Shown: piece after piece, positions 50,831 through 61,077 of the stretch | How positions within the stretch are numbered: position 1 is the first letter of the stretch | Layout: every line of letters starts with the position of its first letter | Notes under the pieces: model-generated | Databases searched by the model: none | Seen by the model: only the letters and a program-made list of their open reading frames with translations | What the model was told of the DNA's origin: nothing | Assembly: GCA_976226885.1 (NCBI GenBank) | Contig: OZ320314.1 | Span: 72,478,001 to 72,542,000, forward strand | DNA from: Iphione sp. A-MEVVRFRX5 | Taxonomy: Eukaryota | DNA: 64,000 bases | Direction: 5' to 3' | Program-made: the position numbers and the translations under genes

Positions 50831-52819
50831 TATATCTTTTTCATAGCTACTTTTCTAAGGAACCCACGACACGCTCTGGTATGCGCCTGACTGTAACATT
50901 CAATTGGCCCATGACTTGGCAGAAAACAATAGTTATTGTTATATATATATCAACATTGGGAAATATACATATATGTAGATATGCACAGGACAGTTCATTA
51001 ACGAAACATTCATCTGCATGGCATAGGATAATTATTTGAGTCTTCGTCCAAAGTTAAATACACGGAATATTTACCCTCATACATATCTATTTTCTTGAGT
51101 TTGAATGACTGAGACCTCATCATTTTTATCTATCGTTTTTAATAGACACGCCACGTAAACCTTAGCTTCATAGTATGAAAATCTGTGTAATGGAACTCAT
51201 AACGACTTCATCCACCGTACAACAGAAAGATCAGTGCAAAATGGGCTGTTGAATAAATTGCTACCTAATGGATGACATATTGCGCGTGTTCCACCATAAT
51301 TTGATTTATCATTGTCATGCAGGCGTATCAACCAACATCTTTTCAACGTAATGTGGTATTACCTTAGGATTCTGTAACGGAAAATTACGACGAAATGAGC
51401 TATTACAATAAGAGGGGCAATCAGAGATTATATCTGGGATGTGCCTTAAATTTCAAATGGTAAAAAAATATGTGAATCAGACCGTAGCCTATAGTCATAC
51501 ATGGTTCCATTGTTTTTGACCTGGAGGGTTCATGTCCTTGGTTTCTGTAACTGCTAATGTACCTCTACACATAAAAGGCCTCCATGTTTTCATTGTAAGA
51601 GAGCTGGCCTTTAGCCCCGGAGAATGCCTCGTCTCTTTAGATAAATCACTAGTCTCTCTACTATAAGTAGAATGTGTCACTTTTCTCACCCCTTTATGTA
51701 GTTGCCAGGATTCTTCCCGCACGGTACCTGGACATAATGCTTTTGTTGAAAATATGCCTTTTTTGGGTTAGAGAAGTTTTCACGGCCCAAGCTGCGAACA
51801 CCTTACACCAGTGAAAGTCTAGGGGTAAACATGGGTTGGACTCTTGTTCACATATGAACAGCCGATGTTTCATATACCACAATCAAACAGACATCATATC
51901 AATCTCAAAACAACGTCCTTATCACTTATAGTTTTTCCACATAAGTAATGAACAATCCAACAGAATGAATCTGTCTGTTGCTTCAATTATAGTACAACAT
52001 ATCAAAATACATTAATATAGTGTTCTCGAAATAAATAAATATCTAATGTATGATTAAACATGTACGACCACTGGTCGGAAATAGAGACTCGACTATATGT
52101 AATTAACCTTGGCCAGACCGTGTCGATAGTGTTCAAGCAGCCTCTGTGATATTTCCCTCCTTTTCCACTACTTGGAGGCATTCAGACCACAAGTGCCTTC
52201 CTTTCTATATGAACAGTAAGCAGTGCTGGAAGGTTGGTCACCCTGACGTGCAAGGTTCTTAATACAACGGTGAAACCTCGTTCTGCTGCTTTTCGGAGGA
52301 GACTCCATCATAGGGTTCTGCTGCTGTAGTACCTAACACAGCCAATTTCTTTACTATATATTTATATTGATTCCAGTGTGGAGAAAGCTTACAGTATTGA
52401 ATAGAAAGGTCATTTGCAAAAATGTCCACTGAATCATGGGGACATTGCTTTGCCTCAAAATGACCAATAGCAGTGTTCCTGGAGGGCTATAACCATCTAA
52501 TGCTATACTGCAAATTTCTATGGTACCCATGCCGGGAGCTACTATTTCAGGTACGTGCGCTGACAAAAGTTAGGTCTAAATGACAAGGGCTATCGAAATG
52601 TGCCTCCTAAACCAAGGTGTAGGATCTCAACGCAATTCGCTTCTCAGTGCTGGAATGATCATCGGCAGGGTTAGTGGGCTTGAAGTGTGTAAAACCGTCA
52701 CTTCACTACCAATATAATCCAGCATTCCTCCATTGCTAATATTTCGACGTAGAGTGATTCAAATGAAGGGCAAATGAATTCTTTCTCAATGACCTGGTGT
52801 TAAACAAAAGGAACTAGAA

Positions 52820-52877
52820 ATATAGTTATCTATCTATAGTAATATAGTTATCTATCTATAGTAATAAAGTTATCTAA
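52820..52877. repeat. 22-bp tandem repeat, about 2.5 copies
   Basis: AATATAGTTATCTATCTATAGT repeated, directly abutting the piggyBac MITE. Confidence 0.85.
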
Positions 52878-52883
52878 ATTTAA

Positions 52884-53242
52884 CCCTCTGACGGCGGCTA
52901 GTGCATTCACGCATTCCCGTGGTCCCGGCGAGTAATGCGTCAACGCATTCCCGTCGGGACGGCGAGTAATGCATATAAGCATTAAATTTAACCCATATGA
53001 TTCAGAATGTATTTCTTGGTTAATTATTTCGAAATATCCCTTAGAATAATGCATCTATTTAGTTTTATAAATGTCTATTCCATAATATCCCTAAAACATA
53101 CGAAAACTCCATCCCGATTAACTACAATGACGTACATTATGCTATGACGCTGTATATGTCTTGCCCTCTATCGGATTACGTCTTTACTAAGGTAGCGCCG
53201 TGTGGTGGGTACGTGCGGTACTACCCCGCCGCCGTCAAAGGG
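52884..53242. mobile_element. Non-autonomous piggyBac element (MITE, 359 bp)
   Basis: TTAA on both flanks (52880-83, 53243-46). 15-bp TIRs CCCTCTGACGGCGGC / GCCGCCGTCAAAGGG (14/15 match). Subterminal direct repeats with 34-bp period at 52911-52938 and 52945-52972. Confidence 0.87.
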
Positions 53243-53530
53243 TTAAGCCTGTTACTGAAAGATAGTTTTTAGGCCTTAAGTGGTATCCCCATGTACGTGT
53301 ACCTCTCTATATCTGCCACTCTGTATGTGTCAACCAGAAGGACCGCTCCAAACAGTTAACATACAATTATCCTCATCTAGGTGTACCTTCTGTACCCACC
53401 ACCTGATGCAAGTGGGCTGATTGTTTGTGGTCCGGTCTGCCCGGACCTGCCACCTGATGCATTCTGGGAAAAATATATGAAAGTAATGTTCTTGCTTACA
53501 TTAGTTCTTAATTTGCATCTAATTTGCACA

Positions 53531-53608
53531 AAAAGCTGCAAATTTTCCACTGATATGGCTCACTTTCAACAAAAAGCTGCAAAATTTCCACTGATATGGC
53601 CCACTTTT
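53531..53608. repeat. 41-bp tandem duplication
   Basis: AAAAGCTGCAAA.TTTCCACTGATATGGC.CACTTT at 53531 and 53572. Confidence 0.9.
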
Positions 53609-53889
53609 AATCTATTCCAGGCAGCCCCCTATCATTGTAAGACGTAATGTCACAATGCACCCCTAATGCTGTTGCTTTCCTATTGAGGGCAGTACCCCTA
53701 CTTTACTGTTGCATCATGTGAGTAAGCGAGCATCACCATTAAGGATATTTATATAAAAATGGAACTATTCTGGATATGATATCTGTAGAAATTGTGGATT
53801 AATTAATCAGGAGGAATTACTTATTTCATCTTTGTATGGATATAGGTGGAATTATTCGTATTCTTCTTACATTCTGGATTATTGCTGAG

Positions 53890-55478
53890 TGGATAGTGTA
53901 TTATGTAATGCATTTAGCTTCATGATTACTAGAATAAACTGAATAAAATTTCTGGCTCTTTCTATCAAAACAATAATACTGAAACATTTGGTCAGCCAAA
54001 TCAACTGCTCCCATGTTCTTGGAATAATCTTTTATGGCAACAGGGCAGGGGACATCACTCTTTGGTAATGTCAGGTTGTTGCATCCCACGTTTTACTGTA
54101 GACATGACCTAGTGCCATGTATTGAGGATAACAGATGTACCAGTTTTCTATCTTTCCACACACACAGTATAAGCTGGCCACACTTAGAAAAAATATAATC
54201 CCCCTACATTTGAGTGAGGCATGTTCTTTTACCATAAGAGCTCTTGGCACTCCTAATCTGTTGAGACGAAGTGTTCCACAGCAAAATATCCCAAATGCAG
54301 CTAGTTTTTCGAACATGGATACTGACATGTAGTCGTTGTCCATGTACAGCCTGTGACATTTGCCTAGTACATCAGCACCACCTAGGAGTTTCATAACATG
54401 CTCATAGAGTGACTGGCCTCCTCGATCTTCTCTACTGAAATAGGGGTCCATGTGGAGAACATATCCTGTTTGAAAGAAAATGCATTTGGGCTTAGTGTTT
54501 GGAAAAATTAGACAAATATTGAAATGGTTTCAGAACTGATTTTACAAGTATAATGTCAATGCCCTTGACTCAACCATTATGAAATTAATTTATTACCAAA
54601 ATAAAGTATATTACTCACCACTTCTGCTTTCTGCTGAGAGCCAGCTCTTGAGGCCCAATTTTGGCAGTTTCTTCGGCATGTACTGATGGAATCTACAACA
54701 CCTTTTGTGTTTTACCATCGATTCATCTATTGCCAGGTCCTTGTGGGGTCTGTACACTAAAGTTGCTATTTTGTTGAATGATTCGAAAAGCCAACTGACT
54801 TTGTTCATTGGGCCTGTAGTCTTTTTGGGGGTGCATCTGTAGACGTCCTAGGTTGTTGTGGATCATTTTCATTGATTGACGCAGCAAAATTGATATAGCT
54901 GGAAAAATGAAAGACAAATGCAAAACTAATTCCATTCGAATATAAAGGTTTAAGAATAATACATTCAGAGCAATTGCATGAATTATCATTGTAGAAACAC
55001 ACAATAAGTTCATTTTCATTGGATGATTTTTTAATTACCATAGGATCTGAATGAATTGGTCTCTTGGAATATCTTTATTAAGAGAAAGGAGTGGCAAATT
55101 CTTCTATTGTTGTCCAATATCCCTTCAAGTCTGGCTTCCTTATGATGCCCATGATGAATGTGAGGCAAACAGCGAGTTAATTTTTCAGTTGTTGTCAGTT
55201 GCCATCTGCCTTTGTGTCCGGCAGGCTATGTGGTAGGTTGATGCTGAGCATATGTGTTAGTTCTGGTGACCTACTCTGTGTTGAATTGGATAGTGAAAAA
55301 TAGTCTAAAGAAATCAGATACAGACAGACAGTCTTTTCCTTGTCAACAATTGGTTGTATTCCACAGTTTTCTTTATCAAATTTCTTTAATTCTGGTGTTT
55401 TCTCGATGTTCCCATTCTTTGTCTGAATCAGAAAACTGGTCCGCCAGATGTATACGCAGAGAAACTGCCATTGTTTTT
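53890..55478 (-). pseudogene. piggyBac-family (PGBD-like DDD) transposase pseudogene interrupted by GT-AG introns
   Basis: Colinear piggyBac motifs across frames: SDFFRLFF..TNTYA, MGIIRKPDLKGYW, IPRDQFIQIL|CYINFA, LAIDESM..HQYMPKK..KLGLKSWLSAESRS|GYVL, LYMDNDYMS..CGTLRLNR, WKDRKLVHLLSSIH, PVAIKDYSKNMGAVDLADQ..YY..RKSQK. Introns at 55038-54899 and 54618-54466. Multiple frameshifts and in-frame stops. Confidence 0.92.
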
Positions 55479-55963
55479 CTGAAGAGTTAGAAATACATTG
55501 TACTGAGCTATACATATATAAATGCGCTAATAGATTTGATTTACGCATACACAGAGGTCTTGATATCTACATGTAATTGTGCATGACATTTGAAAAGAAA
55601 TATTATCATGATGTTTTACTTTGTGCGTGAAATTATCAGGAGGTGAATAGCCCTATGTAATATAGGATGACCCTACAGAAATGTTCCGTGAATCGTCTTG
55701 ATATAAATAATTTACATACAATATCACTTATGGTAGTAGATAGTTTGTGTTCGACACTTCGTTTATAATCTTTGTTTTAAAGTCCATGTATTCTCCTTTA
55801 TTCATTCCGCTCCACCTTGAATAATGTTTTATGTGATTAACAAGATAACTTGCATAGCAAAAACTCAGAACTGAGCATTTATTTGACTGGGCCCCTAAGG
55901 GGTATTTTAGCCGTTTATTTCAAACGATTAACGAGAAATCCTCGTATTACTTCTATGGGATAC

Positions 55964-56003
55964 CCCCTCCCTACCTAGGTTTTTGGCTGGCCGTTACCAG
56001 AAA
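55964..56003 (+). repeat. Fragment of the same MITE family as 16693-17044
   Basis: CCCCTCCCTACCTAGGTTTTTGGCTGG(C/T)CGTTACCAGAAA is nearly identical to about 16985-17024. Confidence 0.75.
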
Positions 56004-56199
56004 AACAACTAGGGGGGGGGGGCTAGTGTATAAAATAAGACATTTCACGAGGTATTACAACCATTCTGTTTACCTTTTTATGCTCCGAGAAATAATAACG
56101 CAAGCTGTTCATGTTATAAAAGTCTTCTATGAAGGGATACTAATATGAGCATTCTTGTTTGTTAAAATACATTAGACATCAAAAAGGCACGCGCCTGCA

Positions 56200-56660
56200 T
56201 GCATTTAGGCCCTCTGCCAGGTATCCTCCATCCTGTGCGTCCCACAGGGAGAGGCCGTCGACTTTCCACTTACCCACATAGTTGTGCGTGACGCATGCGC
56301 ACTGCTCCATAATGCACCCGTCAGAGCGTGCGCACGCACGTGCAGGGCGGACGCCGCTGGGCGCTTGCACCTCACAGGTAAAGAGTGACCCAAGTGCAGT
56401 CAAACAATGGCCAACTTAAAAGTCGGCTGGACGCCTCAGCGTTGGCCAGCGCAAGGCAAGGGTATCCGCACGCATCATGGCACTAACGTAACAGGCACGG
56501 CCAACGCTTTGGAAGCAATTTCTCCTTCGATTGCTGATAAGTCTATTAAAAATTAAAGTCATTCTGATCGATCGGCCAATTTTCTGCGGCCTCCCGTCCG
56601 CGTGTGCTCCCTGAAGCGTTCGAGGCTTGGCGCTATTCGCTTCTTTCTAAGGAATACTCT
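56200..56660. promoter_or_regulatory. CpG-rich promoter-like segment
   Basis: High CpG density, NRF1-like GACGCATGCGCA (56290-56301), E-box CACGTG (about 56337) and a minus-strand donor TGG|GTAAGT at 56273. Confidence 0.45.
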
Positions 56661-57247
56661 CTTTACGCCTGGAAAAAAGAAACTGGCGGCTGTGAAATTT
56701 TCACTAGTGCAAATCCATACAGGGCGAGTCCTCCTAGCTTAAGAAGAGAACATATATCATTTTCTCGTATATCTTTCGTTGGAAATGAGTACCTTTTATG
56801 ATATATCGGTATTGATCGAGAGATCTGACTAAAGTAAAGAGTATAGGTGTAGGGTGAATATCAGAGATGAAACACCATACATAATACGTGATTATGAGAC
56901 CAAGAACTTAGTTCTCTATTATTCTAGATAGTCCTTGGCTCCCACGCGCTGCCGCCTGGTGACAGGAAAATACGACACTGAGTCTCTGTTTCCATAACAA
57001 CGCGTCCATAGCAACACGCGCGCGCCACGTGGTGGTGCCTCGAAGAGCCATTGGAGCGATTGGGTGGTAACGTGCAGACGATGGATTGATGGTTGTGATA
57101 ATGATGCTGCTGCTGGTGTTAGTGACTGCCGGCCCTAGTCAATAATAGATCTTGATGAATGTGATGTCCGCATTGCTCTTGTGCACATTCATGTACTACA
57201 CCTGCCTTGAAAACAAACACAAAAGGGACCGGCTTTCCTCCTCTAAA

Positions 57248-57283
57248 GTATGTATGTATGTATGTATGTATGTATGTGTGTGT
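57248..57283. repeat. (GTAT)n microsatellite grading into (GT)n
   Basis: Direct reading of the sequence. Confidence 0.95.
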
Positions 57284-58087
57284 AAAGGGGGCAGGGTCTG
57301 TCTGTCTGCATGTAGATGTATTTCTTCCAAAATACCTCTCCTATCTTTCTTTTCTTGTTTGCTGTGAACCCTTCTGGCGAAGCGACATCATACTCTTTTC
57401 TCTTTTCTTAATGCTACATGTATAATGTGTGACCTTTCTGGATAACAGTGCAGGGTGGTTAGGTATGATTAGATGCCTGTTTTATTTCTCTTATTTTGAT
57501 CGTTTCAGTGTCTATCGGTTTGTTAATACTTAACAGGCTAGCTGTGTATTACGTGAGGACACCACAATTAGTGTGAACCTGAGAATATAAATTATTAAAA
57601 GGCACTTGAGGTTGTTATTGCTGATGCTCAAAAATACTATGCCAATGGAAACCATGGCCTTTTGTCTCCAGTGCACTGGTAGAAACAGGTTGCTGGTGAC
57701 AGCTGTGGCTGATCAGCCGGCGTCACCTTGGCTGGCACGTGATCAACACCAGCGTCCCTGAGAGGCCGGGTACCAGCTGAAAGACGCGGGAGATGAGCGA
57801 CCATCGGTGCATCGATCTAGGGAGCAGCGTGTGCTGTTGTTTCCATGTTGTGTCGCCCGGTAACAAGCGAACGTCGGCTTGAAGTGGACGGCCTCCGATA
57901 TCAAGATCGAAAATGTATTCAGGAAAGTAGCTAGGAAAGCAGCAACACACGGAGAACTGAATGCGAAGCTGAAGTAAACAATGAATGAGATGTAAAATTG
58001 GTGAATAATTTGTTGCAAGGACAACTGATCAGAGAACACGAAATCTACAAAGATGGCAATGAATAGTGCATAAATATTGACGTAAAC

Positions 58088-58200
58088 ATGACACATACGA
58101 AGGACAAGGAAACAGGGCGTGGTCCCGAAGTATATTTCAATCCAACAAAAGTCCGAATAGCAGCTTTCATCCACACCATGCTGGGGATGCAAGGATCAAG
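58088..58200 (+). CDS. Weak candidate first coding exon of a plus-strand gene
   Basis: aacATGA start, MTHTKDKETGRGPEVYFNPTKVRIAAFIHTMLGMQGS, preceded by 5'UTR-like sequence from about 57700. The donor AAG|GTTATA is weak and no homology was recognised. Confidence 0.25.
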
Positions 58201-58288
58201 GTTATATCTGTATTGACACCGGCAGGAAACTGAAGGGTATGAACCATGAGTACCGAGTTGTTATAGAGGATAATACACTCTATATTCA

Positions 58289-58571
58289 GGCCCGTAGCCA
58301 GGAGAATTTTTTGGCGAGGTGGAACTTCTGGTTAGAAAGGTGGAACTCTCATCAGAAGTTTACATATCAGTTTCTTTTTAATTCTCTGACAGATTCTCTT
58401 CAAACTTAGCAGACCTATAGATATGTTTGTTGGTTATACTCAGTAAAAAATGGTAATCATAGCCTTATGTCTGTGGGCAAGAGAAGTGATCAAGATGGCA
58501 ATTATGTGGGACTCCTGGCTTTTTGGGGGGTATCGGACGATACCCCCGATACCCCAATGGCTATGGGCCTG
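58289..58571. mobile_element. MITE with CAGG termini (hAT-like, 283 bp)
   Basis: TIRs CAGGCCCGTAGCCA / TGGCTATGGGCCTG (13/14 match); ATATT present on both flanks. Confidence 0.75.
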
Positions 58572-59649
58572 ATATTAAATGCCTAAAGGTGATATATAAA
58601 TACATGTATGTATGTATATATCAGGCGTTATATATGGATTGCCACAGGCATAAAAATACATGTACATGTATATGGCATAAGCAAAAATTCTACAATAAAC
58701 ATATCGGATAATACAGTCTTCATTGCGTTTAGAAGGGTGACGTTGAACATACGTATTCAGAGTTGTATACATTGATAAGAAATAGCAAGTCAGTTATAGG
58801 TCGCCGTACTAAACACGTTTCTTTTACGTTAACGTATCCGTGGAATTCTCGTGACAAAACCCATTAATATGATAGATGTGTTCAATGTCAAATACAAGAA
58901 ACTTCTACCGCAGCTATTCTCCTGCTCAATCCTGTCTGTCGTCCCTACACCGGCTGCTCTCACCTAGGTTTTTCTCCTGGTGCTTTCACCCGTTCTCACA
59001 GGGAACACTATCGCTGTGCGTTCTTTTCATTCTCTTGCCCCCATTCACTTTTTCCCCTTGAACGTAGCTTGTCTCCATGAATGTGCTCTCGGGGCCTCTT
59101 GGACTAACAAGGTTGGTTGTATGTGTGCACTAGCCTCTGATTTAGTGTGTATAGGCACGTGTATAGGCATATGTATTGTCAGCACTAAACACCCAAAATT
59201 TTCATAACTTCACACACATGTATGTCAAAAGGAAGGAGTCTTTTTAAGACTATAAAAATATCATTACATTTTATTTTCCACTCACTTAGTCACATTGGCC
59301 CACCTCGAGTAGAATGCATCACTGCTAAAACAGGTAATGCATATGAAGATGCAGAAAATGAAGGTGAGGAATATACATATGGGACATGAACATTAGCCAT
59401 TTCACTAGGAGAGTGTTTCTTAATAACACACCTGTAACTGGACAGAGAGTGGGATGTTTGCTTGAACTCCCTACACAGAGTATGGAGTTCCACATAGATG
59501 CCATCGCCCCGAATTATAAAATGACATTGGGTAGTTCTCGTGCTTCATGTCACACATGTTGACTTAGATAATAACAACACTTATCTTATCATTGAATAAT
59601 TCCGTTACTTTTACACAATAAATTTTATTCCCTGAAAGTTCCACTCCAG

Positions 59650-60700
59650 CCAAAAAGGACACATATACACCACAAATCAGAGGCTAGTGTACTCAGCGGT
59701 AGATGAGGGGAAATATATGGCAGCAGTCTTTTTCGATATGTCGAAAGAGTTCAACATGATTAATTATAAGCTCATCATTCATTTTATGAAGAAGGCTGGT
59801 ATGGAAGATGTTACACTACAACGGGTGACGTCCTACCGATGTGATTAGACACAGTATGTACAGGGTAACAACCTCAAGTCGTCCACAAAATCATGCAGTC
59901 AGTCAAGGGGTTGCACAAGGGAGCCTAATGGGCCCCTTTATATTCTCTATGGTAATCAATTCATTGCCCAAGTCACAGATAATAACAACATCTATTCTGT
60001 GCACAGACGACCTGACTGTGTACTGTGAAGCATCTAATGCATTTCCGTTAAGGTTAAAGCTTCAGCGTGGAATCAATAATGTTGTCACATGGACACAGGA
60101 TAATGGCTTGAATCTCACTGTGCACAAAACATTCTACATGTCCTTTGGTCAAGCGGTGTCCTTTGAGTTGGATTTGTCATTGATCGGCGAGAAGCTATTG
60201 AAAAAAGAACAGCTGCGGCTTCCTTGGGTACAAAATTGCCGAGAGGCTATCCTGGAAACCCATGGCGGTCCGAATGAAAGCCAGAGTGAGGCAAAGGGCA
60301 TATAGCCTAGCCAAGGTGACAAAGCTGGTTCTTTTTGAAGAGAGAGTGAAAATATTGAAGGCGTGCATCACTGGACTATGGTCTGCTATTTGTAGTAGCT
60401 AGCGGTAAAAATGAGCTTCGAATCGAGTACAACAGGGCAATAAGACTGGTAACATTGGTATCTCCCAAGGCTGTAAGGCTGGCAACCTCCCTAAGAAGGA
60501 TGGCAAATATAGCCACACTAAGTGTATGCCCTGATAAACAGCTTACCATGTTGATTTATAGACTGTAACTACTGAACAAGCACGATTTTAAGGAAAGTGC
60601 CAGCCATTTTGGCACAGGGGCACAGTAGCATGGAATGAGCTGAAAATTCCAACATAAAAGAAGCCTAGCCGTGAATACACTGAAGGGGTACATCAGTCCC
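59650..60700 (+). pseudogene. Degenerate, 5'-truncated LINE (CR1/L2-like) ORF2 reverse transcriptase
   Basis: QKGH...VDEGKYMAAVFFDMSKEF (the DxSKAFD box), QGVAQGSLMGP (GVPQGSxLGP), LCTDDLTVY (YADD box), TWTQDNGLNL, and HRGTVAWNEL near 60630. Stops and frameshifts present. Confidence 0.9.
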
Positions 60701-60908
60701 AATAACTCGCTCATGACCAGCACTATTATGATGTATCACTGTATTCTCACTTTACTGTATTCTCACTTTCAAGTGAACATAGAAACACAAAAAACTGAGA
60801 TTCACTGCTCAAGGAATTAATATGTAAACGCTTTCACAAACGTATGTGTCATTAGTCGTTACATATAGATTTTTCAATACCTAGCCAGCACTAAATTACA
60901 TTGCAGTA

Positions 60909-61077
60909 CAGCCGAAACTCTATTTAAGACTGCTCCTATTTGAGACCATTCTTGCTATTAAGACCACCTGAGATGGGAACCAAAGTATTTATCTCTATGA
61001 TTATTAATTATCAATTTCAGACCAAATTCCCTAATGTGACCACTTCAGTTAGGAGTCAACGGGTAGAGTTACGACTG
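60909..61077. mobile_element. TA-flanked MITE, Tc1/mariner (pogo/Tigger-like), 169 bp
   Basis: TA on both flanks (60907-08, 61078-79). TIRs CAGCCGAAACTCTA versus reverse complement CAGTCGTAACTCTA (12/14 match). Internal degenerate AGACCA repeats. Confidence 0.75.

Noticed and set aside
51495-51882. Possible decayed C2H2 zinc-finger sequence (CGK, RPFMC)
   Set aside because: No complete CxxC...HxxxH unit or TGEKP linker in any frame.
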